The notes: a model not told the origin generated them from the letters alone. 64,000 nucleotides of DNA from Gemmatimonadota bacterium (GCA_046756305.1 JBHHWB010000005.1:9088-73087), one strand, 5' to 3'. Positions 41,363-50,731 are shown, counted from the stretch's first letter. Numbers and translations are program-made.

Positions 41363-44300
41363 ATGAGCGACACCACAGAATCGGCGGTTCGCCGCCTGCG
41401 CAGTGACTCGCCCACCGTTGATGCCGTCTGTCGCCAGATCGGGCATCTCAGAGAGGGGCAGGACGCGGAACTGGCGGTGACCTTCGCCGAGATCTTCTTC
41501 TCCAAAGCTCCTCCCGAGTTCCTTCACGAGCGGAGCACCGACGATCTGACCCGCCTCGTCCTTGCGGCTTACGATTTCCTCCGTCGCAGCCGGCCGGACC
41601 GGGTGGACGTCGAGGTGGTCAACCCCGATGTGGATACGGAAGGGTGGTATGCCCCTGTGTCGGTAGTGAGGACGAACCTTTCGGAGCGTCCTTTCATTGT
41701 AGACACCATCCGGGAGTTCCTCCACGCCCAGGACCTGGCCATCGAGCACATCGTCTACCCCGTGCTCACGGTGGAGCGGGACGATGGCGGAGAGGTGGTT
41801 GCCGTAGGGCCGTCGGCGCTGGGCGACACCCGTGAATCGCTGGTACACTGCGAGGTGGCCCGGGTCACCGAGGCGGACCGCCTGGATCAGATCCGCGCCG
41901 AGCTGCAGAGCCGGTTGGAAGACGTCATGCGCGCCACCGACGACTTCGGGGCCATGATCGACGCCGTGAACGAAGTCGTCACCGAGCTCGCAGAGAGGGC
42001 GGCCACGCTGGAAGATCGCCGGGAAGAGATCCACGAGATCCAGGATTTCCTGCGCTGGCTCCGCGACGGCGGATTCGTCTTCCTCGGCTACCGCGCCTAC
42101 GACATCGTGGATGCCGACGACGGTACCGGGCGTGCCATCGTGGTGGAGGAGGGATCGGGGCTGGGAGTCCTCCGCGACGAGAGGCGGTCCACCTATGCCG
42201 CTCCCGTGCCCATCGAGGATCTGGACGAGAGCCTGCGGGACGTGGTGGTGTCGGGACCCATCCTCATGGTGAGCAAGGCCAACGCCGAGTCCACGGTTCA
42301 CCGCCGAGCCCGCATGGACTACATCGGGATCAAGAAGCTCGCTCCCGACGGCAGCATCGTGGGAGAGCATCGCTTCCTGGGGCTCTTCACCTCCAAGGCA
42401 TTCGCCGAGGACGCCGAAAACATCCCCATCCTGCGGCGGAAGCTGCGCCACATCCTGGACGAGGCGGGCGTGGGCGAGGGATCCCATGATTTCAAGGAGA
42501 TCATCACGATCTTCAACTCCCTCCCCAAGGAAGAGATTTTCCTGGCTTCGGCGGAGGAGATTGCGGAAGATGTACGCACCATCCTCACCTCGTATCACAC
42601 GTCCGGGGTGCGGGTAAGCCTCCGCCCCGACCCTCTGCGCCGCGGCGTCTCCGTCATGGTGATCCTGCCTAAGGAGAAGTTCTCGGGCAGCGTGCGGCGC
42701 GCCATCGAGGCCGCGCTGGTGGACATCTTCTCCGGGGAGGTCCTCAACTACCACCTGGCTCTGGGCGAGGGCGACCAGGCGCGCCTCCACTTTTACGTGG
42801 GCGCTCCCCAGGAGCGGGTGGAGGCGGTGCGCCGGGAGGAAGTGGAGGGGGTCATCCGGGAAATCGCCCGCACGTGGGTGGACCGGGTGCAGGAGGGACT
42901 GGAGCGTGTGCGGCCCCCTGATGCGGCCCGGCGCCTGGCCCGCCGCTACGGGGACACCTTCAGCGCCGAGTACCAGGCCGCCACCGACCCGCTGGTCGCC
43001 GTGGACGACATCCTGGAACTCGAGGCCATGCAGGCCGACGGACGCAAGATCTCCATATCGCTTGCGAATCGTGACCGCTCGGCCGCCGCTCTGGGCGCCG
43101 TGGACGTGACGGAGCTCAAGGTCTTCCTGCAAGACGAAGAGCTGGTTCTTTCCGACTTCATGCCGATCCTGGAAAACGCCGGGCTCCGCGTCATCGCGGT
43201 GAATCCCTTCGAAATCGGAGGGGAAGACGGGCGCTTTGCCCTGTACGTTTTTGCCGTCCAGGACGGAGAGGGGCGCCCTCTGGATGTGGAGGGTCGCGGC
43301 GCGCTGCTGGCGGAGACCATCCTCATGGTGCGGTGCGGGGACGCCATCAACGACACCATGAACCGTCTCGTCCTAACCGCCGGGCTGCACTGGCGCGAGG
43401 TGGACGTGCTGCGGGCGTACGTGGGGTATGCCTTCCAGATCGGAGCCGTGCCCAGTCGCCTTTCCCTCCCTTCGGCGTTGGTACGCTACCCGGGGCTGGC
43501 GAGAGAACTCTTCGAGCTCTTCGAGACGCGCTTCGACCCCGAGGCCCACGCCACCGTGGAGGAGCGCCTGGCAGCAGGAAAGGATATCTGCGACGCCTTC
43601 CACGGCTCGCTGGAGAGTGTCTCCTCCCTGGCCGATGACCGGGCGCTCCGCCGCCTGGAAGAGCTGATTCTGGCGACGCAGCGGACCAACTTCTACCGCC
43701 ACGGAGGGCGTACACCCTCCTTCCGGTCAGGGGGCGTTCCCTACGTATCCTTCAAGTTCGCATGCGCCGAGCTGGACGTGCTGCGCAGCAGCCGGCTCGT
43801 CTATGAGGTGTGGGTCCATTCGGCGCGCATGGAGGGGGTCCACCTCCGTGGCGCCCGGGTCGCCCGGGGCGGGATCCGGTGGAGCGACCGGCCCGACGAC
43901 TTTCGTACGGAGATCCTGGGCCTGGTAAAGACCCAGGTGGTCAAGAATGCCGTCATCGTTCCCGGCGGATCCAAGGGCGGCTTCGTGCCGCGCCTCCTGC
44001 CTCGGGATCCGGAGGCCCGCTTCGAAGAAGGGAAGGAGCAGTACCGGACCCTGATCCGCGGACTCCTGGACATCACCGACAATCTCGACGCCGAGGGCCG
44101 TACGGTCCCACCCCCCGGCGTGGTGTCCTTCGACGAACCCGACCCCTATCTGGTGGTGGCCGCCGACAAGGGCACGGCCACCTTCTCGGATGTCGCCAAC
44201 GGCGTCTCCGCCGAGTACGGCTTCTGGCTGGGCGACGCTTTCGCGTCGGGGGGCTCCCACGGATACGACCACAAGGCGGTGGGGATCACGGCCCGCGGCG

Positions 44301-46282
44301 CGTGGGAGAGCGTCAAGCGGCACTTCCGGGAGATGGATAAGGACATCCAGCGCGAGCCCTTTACCGTCGCTGGCATCGGGGACATGAGCGGCGACGTTTT
44401 CGGGAACGGGATGCTTCTTTCTGAGCAGATCCGGCTGGTGGCCGCCTTCGACCACCGGCACGTCTTCATCGATCCCGATCCGGATCCCGCCGCCAGCTTC
44501 GCCGAGCGGAAGCGCCTCTTCGAAATGGGACGCTCGAGCTGGGACGACTACGACCGGTCCGCGCTGAGCGAGGGCGGGATGATCATCCCCCGCGGCGCCA
44601 AGGAGGTGGAGCTCACGCCCCGGGCGCGGGCGGCATTGGGGCTGGACGAGAACGTCCCGGAGGTTCTCGACGGCGAAGCGCTGGTGCGGGCGGTGCTCTG
44701 CGCCCCCGTGGAGCTGCTCTGGAATGGGGGGATCGGCACCTACGTAAAATCAGCGACGGAGAGCCACAACGACGCCGGCGACCCCTCCAACGATGCGGTG
44801 CGGGTGGACGTGCCCATGCTGCGCTGCAAGGTGGTCGGAGAGGGCGGCAACCTCGGGTTCACCCAGCGGGCCCGCATCGAGTTCGCTCTGGGTGGGGGCC
44901 GCATCAACACCGACGCCCTGGACAACTCGGGCGGCGTGGATATGTCGGATCACGAGGTGAATCTGAAAATTCTCCTGGCACCCGCCGTGAGTGATGGACG
45001 CCTCAGTGAGGAGGCCCGCAACGAACTTCTGGAGGAACTTACCGAGTCGGTGGCGGAGCACGTACTGGATCACAACCGCTCCCAGAGCCTGGCCATCTCC
45101 CTGGATCTGCTGCGCGTGGGGGCGGCGGAGGACGACTTCCGGGACCTCATGTTCTCCCTGGAAAAGAGCGGGGAGTTGGACCGGGCCGCCGAAGGACTCC
45201 CCACCCTGGACGTCCTGGTGGAGCGCAGAGAGGAAGGACAGACCCTCACCCGGCCGGAGCTGTGCGTCCTCCTGGCATACGCGAAGCTGGCGGTCAAATC
45301 CCGGCTCCTGGCCGGGGGCCTGGCCGACGATGCCTTCGTCGAGCCCTACCTCACGGGGTACTTTCCCACCCGGGCCGTGAAGACGGCCGGAAAGGAAAAC
45401 CTGGAGCAGCACAGGCTGCGAAGGGAGATCGTGGTCTGCCAGGTGACCAACGAGTTGGTGGACCTCATGGGGGCCGCCTTCGTCCATCGCGTCATGCGCG
45501 ACACGGGTGCCAGCGCCGAGGAAGTGGTGCGTGCCTGGCTCATCGCCTCCCGTCTGGCCGGCCACCAGGCATTGCTTCGCAGGATGGCCGCCCAGGAGCA
45601 GGCCATGGACACGCGCGTGGCGTATCGGTGGCTCCTGGGACTGACGCGAGTGCTGGAGCGCACCACACGCTGGGTGTTGAGCAACGTGGACGCCGAAGAG
45701 TCTCCCGCCCGGGTGGTGAAGGAGAACCTGAAGCCTCTGGAGACGCTGCGGGGCTCCTTCGGCGACCTTGTCGCCGGCAGGGACCGGGACCTCTTCCTGA
45801 AGCGGGTGGAGGAGATCCGCGAGCTGGGCGCCGACGAAGCGTTCTCCAGCGAGCTCATCACCCTTCGCTTCCTGGACCAGCTCCTGGAGATCGCCGCCAT
45901 CGCCCGCCGTACGCGGCAAGACGTGAGTTCAGTGGCCAGGGTCTATTACCGGATCTCGGAAGTATTTCAGATCCCCTGGCTCCAGCAGATCACCGTGGAG
46001 GCCGCGGGTGACGACCAGTGGGAGCAGCGGGCGGTGCAGCTCCTTCTCAACGACCTCTCCCGGGCTCATCGCCGCCTGGCCGCCGCTGTGGTCCGCGGCG
46101 GCGCCGAGGGGGGTGGAGCGTCGGCCCTGGAAGAGCTCATGGACAGAGAGGCTCCGGCGGTCCGGCGCTTTCAGGCGGTCCTCAGCGACCTGCAGGCGGA
46201 AGACGCGCCGGGGCTGGCTGCCTCTTCGGTGGCGGTGCGGGAGCTCATCTCCCTGGCGGGGAAGGTGGCCCCGGCGGCTTGA
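41363..46282 (+). CDS. gdh: Large NAD-specific glutamate dehydrogenase (about 180 kDa class)
   Basis: Track ORF 41138..46282 trimmed to MSDTTESAV (ATG at 41363), 1639 aa. Catalytic core: RGGIRWSDRPDDFRTEILGLVKTQVVKNAVIVPGGSKGGFV, VVAADKGTATFSD, GIGDMSGDVFGNGML, GGNLGFTQRARIE, NSGGVDMSDHEVNLKILL. Confidence 0.95.
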   Translation: MSDTTESAVRRLRSDSPTVDAVCRQIGHLREGQDAELAVTFAEIFFSKAPPEFLHERSTDDLTRLVLAAYDFLRRSRPDRVDVEVVNPDVDTEGWYAPVSVVRTNLSERPFIVDTIREFLHAQDLAIEHIVYPVLTVERDDGGEVVAVGPSALGDTRESLVHCEVARVTEADRLDQIRAELQSRLEDVMRATDDFGAMIDAVNEVVTELAERAATLEDRREEIHEIQDFLRWLRDGGFVFLGYRAYDIVDADDGTGRAIVVEEGSGLGVLRDERRSTYAAPVPIEDLDESLRDVVVSGPILMVSKANAESTVHRRARMDYIGIKKLAPDGSIVGEHRFLGLFTSKAFAEDAENIPILRRKLRHILDEAGVGEGSHDFKEIITIFNSLPKEEIFLASAEEIAEDVRTILTSYHTSGVRVSLRPDPLRRGVSVMVILPKEKFSGSVRRAIEAALVDIFSGEVLNYHLALGEGDQARLHFYVGAPQERVEAVRREEVEGVIREIARTWVDRVQEGLERVRPPDAARRLARRYGDTFSAEYQAATDPLVAVDDILELEAMQADGRKISISLANRDRSAAALGAVDVTELKVFLQDEELVLSDFMPILENAGLRVIAVNPFEIGGEDGRFALYVFAVQDGEGRPLDVEGRGALLAETILMVRCGDAINDTMNRLVLTAGLHWREVDVLRAYVGYAFQIGAVPSRLSLPSALVRYPGLARELFELFETRFDPEAHATVEERLAAGKDICDAFHGSLESVSSLADDRALRRLEELILATQRTNFYRHGGRTPSFRSGGVPYVSFKFACAELDVLRSSRLVYEVWVHSARMEGVHLRGARVARGGIRWSDRPDDFRTEILGLVKTQVVKNAVIVPGGSKGGFVPRLLPRDPEARFEEGKEQYRTLIRGLLDITDNLDAEGRTVPPPGVVSFDEPDPYLVVAADKGTATFSDVANGVSAEYGFWLGDAFASGGSHGYDHKAVGITARGAWESVKRHFREMDKDIQREPFTVAGIGDMSGDVFGNGMLLSEQIRLVAAFDHRHVFIDPDPDPAASFAERKRLFEMGRSSWDDYDRSALSEGGMIIPRGAKEVELTPRARAALGLDENVPEVLDGEALVRAVLCAPVELLWNGGIGTYVKSATESHNDAGDPSNDAVRVDVPMLRCKVVGEGGNLGFTQRARIEFALGGGRINTDALDNSGGVDMSDHEVNLKILLAPAVSDGRLSEEARNELLEELTESVAEHVLDHNRSQSLAISLDLLRVGAAEDDFRDLMFSLEKSGELDRAAEGLPTLDVLVERREEGQTLTRPELCVLLAYAKLAVKSRLLAGGLADDAFVEPYLTGYFPTRAVKTAGKENLEQHRLRREIVVCQVTNELVDLMGAAFVHRVMRDTGASAEEVVRAWLIASRLAGHQALLRRMAAQEQAMDTRVAYRWLLGLTRVLERTTRWVLSNVDAEESPARVVKENLKPLETLRGSFGDLVAGRDRDLFLKRVEEIRELGADEAFSSELITLRFLDQLLEIAAIARRTRQDVSSVARVYYRISEVFQIPWLQQITVEAAGDDQWEQRAVQLLLNDLSRAHRRLAAAVVRGGAEGGGASALEELMDREAPAVRRFQAVLSDLQAEDAPGLAASSVAVRELISLAGKVAPAA

Positions 46283-46337
46283 GCCGGGGATGCCCGCAGC
46301 CTGAGCGAGGGGCTTCCGCAGCCTGAGCGGGTGGCGC

Positions 46338-46736
46338 CTAACCCTTGCCGGTGGCGGCGAGGGCCTGGTCCACGTAGCGGTCGACGCCGGCCACCACCTT
46401 CACCACATCCTTGCGCGTCTCCGCGGCGGCCAGGTCGGACGCGAACTTCAGGAAGACCGCGCGAACCTCGTCCCGGACGGCCGTGGGCTTGGCCGGCGCG
46501 GCCCTGCGGCGGCCGGAGGTCTTGCGTGCTTTCCGCTTCCGGGGCGGGGCGAGCTTGCGCTTGATCTGGAGCGGATAGCGGGCGTGGAATTGTCGCTTGG
46601 TCAGCCGGCCCACGGCGGGGCTGATGCTTTTGGCCACTTCCCATAGTTGGTCCACCGTCGCCGAGGGGTTCCGCTTGATCTCGGCCTCAACGGCGGCGCG
46701 GATTTTCTCCTCCGTCTTCCCATTCTTTCTTGCCAC
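46338..46736 (-). CDS. Small basic hypothetical protein (132 aa), possible DNA-binding or nucleoid-associated
   Basis: GTG start at 46736 with GGAGG 9 nt upstream. Central Lys/Arg tract KRKLAPPRKRKARKTSGRRRAAPAKP is flanked by helical-looking ends. It has realistic codon usage and its own near-consensus promoter. Confidence 0.6.
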   Translation of the reverse strand: MARKNGKTEEKIRAAVEAEIKRNPSATVDQLWEVAKSISPAVGRLTKRQFHARYPLQIKRKLAPPRKRKARKTSGRRRAAPAKPTAVRDEVRAVFLKFASDLAAAETRKDVVKVVAGVDRYVDQALAATGKG

Positions 46737-46799
46737 GACAATACGCCTCCCCCCGGGGGCTCCAGGTCAATGCGTGATTATGTGGGGTGATTGTCGTAA

Positions 46800-46827
46800 A
46801 TAATATATGCACATTGGACATTGTCAA
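46800..46827 (-). promoter_or_regulatory. Near-consensus sigma-70-type promoter in an AT-rich island
   Basis: The minus strand reads TTGACA (46827-46822), a 16-nt spacer, then TATTAT (46805-46800). It sits in a locally AT-rich stretch (about 46770-46840) that stands out from the GC-rich background, about 65-90 nt upstream of the GTG at 46736. Confidence 0.6.
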
Positions 46828-46973
46828 TGAAAATATCTGGCAAGGTGGGTTCTGCGCCGGGCATAGTCGTACGTGGGGTCGGAGGTGGGGGGCTCGGCCC
46901 GGCGCGGCGGGAAAGCGCCGATCGGCACGGCTGTGCGCGTGCCTCGCGCCGGTGGGCAGACGCGGCCCCCGCT

Positions 46974-47567
46974 TCAGAAGAGGCGTGAAGAAAGGCCGAC
47001 GGAGAGGGTGAAGCCCTCCAGTTGGCCGGGAAGGACACCGGGAAGGTCTTCGACGCCCACGGCGAACCGGTATCCGGCCGCCGCCAGAAGGGAGACGGGG
47101 CTGCGGAGGCGGTAGCGGAGGCCCAGCGCGGGAGCGGCGACCAGAAAGTTGTCCGAGGCGATTTCCGCGCCCACCACCGCAAGTTGAACGCGGGCGTTGC
47201 CGGCGCCCAGGAGGCCTCTTGCGTCCAGGGTCAGGCGGTTCCGGCGCAGGAGGCGGATCCGGGTCGAGACGCCTGCGTAGGCCATGTGCAGTCGCAGGCC
47301 GGTTCCGCCTTCGGCTCCGTCAAGGTCGAGCCCTCCGGTAAAGAGCCAGCCCTCCCCTCCGAAGGCCACAGGGCCGCCCAGGGAGAGGAGGGCGCCGCCG
47401 CCCACGGCCGTGGCGCTCCCGTCCAGGACGCCGGTGACCATGCCGGAGGGCTCGAGATCGAGATGGGCGCGCAGCGCCGTGCCCTCCTGGCCCGACGCCG
47501 GGGTGCCGAGGGCGAAGCTGAAAAGGAGGAGGGCGGCTCCTTGCATCGCCGAAGCTGGCTTTCTCAT
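46974..47567 (-). CDS. Small outer-membrane beta-barrel protein (OmpW/OprF-N-like porin fold, family not identified)
   Basis: Trimmed to MRKPASAMQGAALLLFSFALGTPASGQ (ATG at 47567, AAAGGAGA upstream). Alternating Gly/hydrophobic strands, ending in LSSRLF (terminal Phe). Confidence 0.7.
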   Translation of the reverse strand: MRKPASAMQGAALLLFSFALGTPASGQEGTALRAHLDLEPSGMVTGVLDGSATAVGGGALLSLGGPVAFGGEGWLFTGGLDLDGAEGGTGLRLHMAYAGVSTRIRLLRRNRLTLDARGLLGAGNARVQLAVVGAEIASDNFLVAAPALGLRYRLRSPVSLLAAAGYRFAVGVEDLPGVLPGQLEGFTLSVGLSSRLF

Positions 47568-47764
47568 CGTCTCCTTTCCGGGTAAAGGCCCAGACCCGCA
47601 TGGGGTGTTCCCTGCTGCAGCAGGGTAGCCTCCCGTCCGCGGAGGTGCCAGGTCCCGCAACACGAGGGGGGAGGAAAACGTCTTTATTGTACTTGGCGCC
47701 GGTTGATGGAATCTTAAAGATACCCATTCACCCACACACCCCGAGTCAGGAATCCCGCGACAGC

Positions 47765-48259
47765 GTGAATCTGTCCACGTACTCCACTTTCCCATCGGTG
47801 CGGAAGGGCTTTTCCCTTCTCGAACTCACCGTTGTGCTCACCATTGCTTCCCTCTCCCTGGGTTTCGCGGCGGTGGCGTTCAACGGATATCTTTACAAGA
47901 TGTCCGCCCAGAGGGCGGCTCAGGTATTCGCACAGGATCTCCGCCTGGCCCGATCCGCCGCCCTGCGCGCGCGGGAGCCGGTGGCCATCCGCTTCTACGA
48001 GGGGTCACGCTGGTACACGGTGGTCATGCAGCAGTCCGGCACGGAGTTAACCCGTCGCAGGTTCGGTGTGAACGCCGACATCGACCTGACCGGCGTGGAC
48101 CTGCGCATGCGCGGGGATACGGTGCTCTTCACCTCCAGGGGTGTCGCGGACCTCAAGAACGCGTTCGGGTCGGTGGGAGAAGCGCGCTTCCAGGCGGGTA
48201 CGGTGGAGTACCGCGTGTACTTCAACGCCATGGGCGCTTCCAAGGTCGAGGAGTGGTAG
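47765..48259 (+). CDS. Type IV minor pilin / T2SS pseudopilin, FimT-GspH-like
   Basis: Prepilin methylation motif KG-FSLLELTVVLTIASL. The GspH/FimT-like body includes AAQVFAQDLRLARSAAL. Start set to the in-frame GTG at 47765 and is uncertain. Confidence 0.7.
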   Translation: MNLSTYSTFPSVRKGFSLLELTVVLTIASLSLGFAAVAFNGYLYKMSAQRAAQVFAQDLRLARSAALRAREPVAIRFYEGSRWYTVVMQQSGTELTRRRFGVNADIDLTGVDLRMRGDTVLFTSRGVADLKNAFGSVGEARFQAGTVEYRVYFNAMGASKVEEW

Positions 48260-48645
48260 GGCGGGGATGCTCGAGGCGTGCGGCAGGTCGGGCGGGCTTC
48301 ACCCTCATCGAGGTGATCGGGGCGTTCCTCATCTTCGCTCTGGGCGTCCTCATGGTGATCCAGTTGGGCACCAGCCTGAACCAGCGCATGATCTATTCGG
48401 CCAAGAAATCGGAAATCGTAGTCCTGGCCCAGGAACTGCTCGACTCGCTGGAAGCCACCCCCTTCGACTCCCTCTCCACGGGAACCGTCGCCGATACCGT
48501 GGCGGTGGAGGGGACTCCGTACGCACGCTCCGCCACCGTAAGCCTGGTCACGGCCGTGCTCTATCAGGTAGACGTCACCATGACGCCCGTGACGGGAGAC
48601 GGCCCCACTCACGCACGCACCTCTTACGTCTCGGCGCCCTGGTAA
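48253..48645 (+). CDS. Minor pilin / pseudopilin, PilV-GspI-like
   Basis: 130 aa. G-FTLIEVIGAFLIFALGVL prepilin motif. GTG start overlaps the previous stop. Confidence 0.72.
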   Translation: MVGRGCSRRAAGRAGFTLIEVIGAFLIFALGVLMVIQLGTSLNQRMIYSAKKSEIVVLAQELLDSLEATPFDSLSTGTVADTVAVEGTPYARSATVSLVTAVLYQVDVTMTPVTGDGPTHARTSYVSAPW

Positions 48646-49490
48646 CAGGATCCGACAGGGGCGGCTTCACCCTCATCGAGGCCATCGTGTCCACCACGCT
48701 GGCATCGATTCTGCTCGTCATGGTGGGCACCGTCTTCCTGGTGCAGAGCGAGACCTACGGTCTGCAATACGAGCGGGTGGGAGCCCATGACAACGCCCGC
48801 ACCGTCACCGGGATGATCGCCGGCGACCTGCGCTCCGTGTCCCGCGGGGGCATCGTGGTGGCGCAGCCCGATTCCGTCGTGATCCGCTCGCCCATGGTGA
48901 TGGCCGCCGTGTGCGCCACGTCCGGCAGTTTCGCCTATGTGCAATTCGAGGGCGGCGAGGACGAGCTGGACACCGACGAAGTGGGAGGCATCGTCGTTCT
49001 CAACGACACCACCAACACGTGGAGCTACTATAACGCGACGTGGTCGGACATCGATGGGGGGACGGCCCAGGCCGCGACCAACTGTTATGCGGCGGGCGCC
49101 GACACGGTGGGGGCCACGGCCGAGTTCCACCGCATGAAAAAGCTGTCGAACCTGTACGGGAGCCTGCCGCCGGCCGGCACCATCCTCCAGATCTTCCGGG
49201 AGACTACCTACGCGCTGCGCACGTCGGCGCTCGACTCCACGACCATCGGCCTCTATCGGGGCATCTACGGCGACACCCTGGTGGAGTTCGCAACGGGAAT
49301 GGATTCCACGGCGGGTTTCCAGTACCGAACGGGCGGCCCTTTCTATGCGAGCAGCGTGACGGGAGGAAGCCTCCAGAGCATCGACGCGGTGCGCATTGTG
49401 GCCGAGGCGCGCAAGGCGGCGCCCTCGGGAGGCCGGGATCCCATCGTCTACGGATGGTCCGTGAACGTATTCCTGAGGAACGCGCGATGA
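48639..49490 (+). CDS. Minor pilin / pseudopilin, PilW-GspJ-like (no canonical start codon found)
   Basis: G-FTLIEAIVSTTLASILLVMVGTVFLV prepilin motif at about 48660. The frame is open from 48141, but the nearest in-frame codon before the motif that could act as a start is CTG at 48639. There is no ATG, GTG or TTG between the previous gene body and the motif. Confidence 0.6.
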   Translation: MVTGSDRGGFTLIEAIVSTTLASILLVMVGTVFLVQSETYGLQYERVGAHDNARTVTGMIAGDLRSVSRGGIVVAQPDSVVIRSPMVMAAVCATSGSFAYVQFEGGEDELDTDEVGGIVVLNDTTNTWSYYNATWSDIDGGTAQAATNCYAAGADTVGATAEFHRMKKLSNLYGSLPPAGTILQIFRETTYALRTSALDSTTIGLYRGIYGDTLVEFATGMDSTAGFQYRTGGPFYASSVTGGSLQSIDAVRIVAEARKAAPSGGRDPIVYGWSVNVFLRNAR

Positions 49491-50536
49491 GGCGGGCGCC
49501 GGGACCGTCGGGGGGCACCGAGGGCGGCTTCGCCCTCGCCACGGTGGTCTTTCTCCTGTTTGCCATCGGCGTGCTCGGGGCCGCCGGCTACCAGCTGGTG
49601 GCCACCGAGTTCACCCTGGCCGACCAGGCCCAGCAGGGAGAGGAGGCCCTGGTGGTGGCCCGCGCCGGCCTGGAGCGCTTCCTGGGTGAGCAGATCGGGC
49701 AGGTGGGGGATTCGGTGAGCTACGCCATCGGCAACGGCGTGGCCACCATCACGACCCGGAAAGTCCTGGAAAAGGATTCCCGCAACCACCTGTACTATGT
49801 GCGCTCCGAAGGGACCGTTACCGACATCCGCAACCCGTCCATTCCGGCGAAGCGGGTCGTCGGCACCTACGCCTGGCACCGCATCTCCCCCGTTCCCCAC
49901 AAGGCCGCCATCCTCATCACCGGGGGGAATCTGGAGATTCGCAGCAGCGCCGAGGTGAGCGGACTCAACTATGCCGACAGCCTGGACTGCTCCACCGGAG
50001 GATCCACGGGAGTGTACGCGGTGGCTACAGGAGGCAAGGTACGCACCCGGAGCGGCGGCACGTACTGCGGCGTTCCCGACCCCGAAGATGAGAGCTATTC
50101 CGGCTTCTCGGAGGTATACGATACGGCGGGCATTCGTTGGGATATCCTCAGCGACCCCAACTTTCCCGTCGAGTTCGACGGATCCCTGCCCAACTTCGGC
50201 CTCCTGCCCAGTGACTCCTTCCCGCTGATCCGCTACCAGGGCAATCTCACGGCTCACCTGTGGTGGGGGCGGGGCGTTCTCATCGTGACGGGGCGCTTTC
50301 GCCCCGGGTACCTCTTCAACTGGGACGGCATCATCCTCGCCGGAGAGTTGGATCGGGTGCGCAGTTGGTACCACCCCACCATCCATGGCATGCTCATCGC
50401 CGGTCTGAACAAGTCCAACCCCAATGAGCGCATCGATTCGGGCGATTTCTACTATGATTCGCTGAAGGCGGCCGCCGCGGATCGTACTCTTTCCTATCTG
50501 CAGGTGGTGGAGAACACCGTTTTCGAAGCCAACTGA
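49487..50536 (+). CDS. PilX-GspK-like large minor pilin (lacks Glu5)
   Basis: Trimmed to MRRAPGPSGGTEG-GFALATVVFLLFAIGVLGAAGYQL (ATG at 49487, ATGA overlap with the previous stop). 349 aa. Size and the absence of Glu5 fit PilX/GspK. Confidence 0.65.
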   Translation: MRRAPGPSGGTEGGFALATVVFLLFAIGVLGAAGYQLVATEFTLADQAQQGEEALVVARAGLERFLGEQIGQVGDSVSYAIGNGVATITTRKVLEKDSRNHLYYVRSEGTVTDIRNPSIPAKRVVGTYAWHRISPVPHKAAILITGGNLEIRSSAEVSGLNYADSLDCSTGGSTGVYAVATGGKVRTRSGGTYCGVPDPEDESYSGFSEVYDTAGIRWDILSDPNFPVEFDGSLPNFGLLPSDSFPLIRYQGNLTAHLWWGRGVLIVTGRFRPGYLFNWDGIILAGELDRVRSWYHPTIHGMLIAGLNKSNPNERIDSGDFYYDSLKAAAADRTLSYLQVVENTVFEAN

Positions 50537-50731
50537 CGGCGAGTCCTTCATCGGGAGATGGTGCGTCGCAGGCCCCTTCCTGCGGCCCTGGCTTGCGGAG
50601 GCTTCCCGGGGGCGGCATCATGACCGACCCTCTCGCCGCTCGGAGCCGCCAGGCGTGTGCTGGCCGCTTCGGGAACCGGTGGGGTTCGGCGTTCTCGCAC
50701 GACCGCCATTCGACCACCAGGAGTCCGACGC

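Noticed and set aside
41258-45919. Minus-strand ORFs of 624 aa (41258-43132), 244 aa and 389 aa (44750-45919)
   Set aside because: All are antisense to the single 1639-aa NAD-glutamate dehydrogenase gene, whose catalytic motifs are unambiguous on the plus strand.
46294-46329. 14-bp direct repeat ccgcagcctgagcg (46294-46307 and 46316-46329) just after the gdh stop
   Set aside because: There are only two short copies in a convergent 55-nt spacer, with no dyad symmetry or flanking structure. It is too small to call a repeat element or regulatory site.
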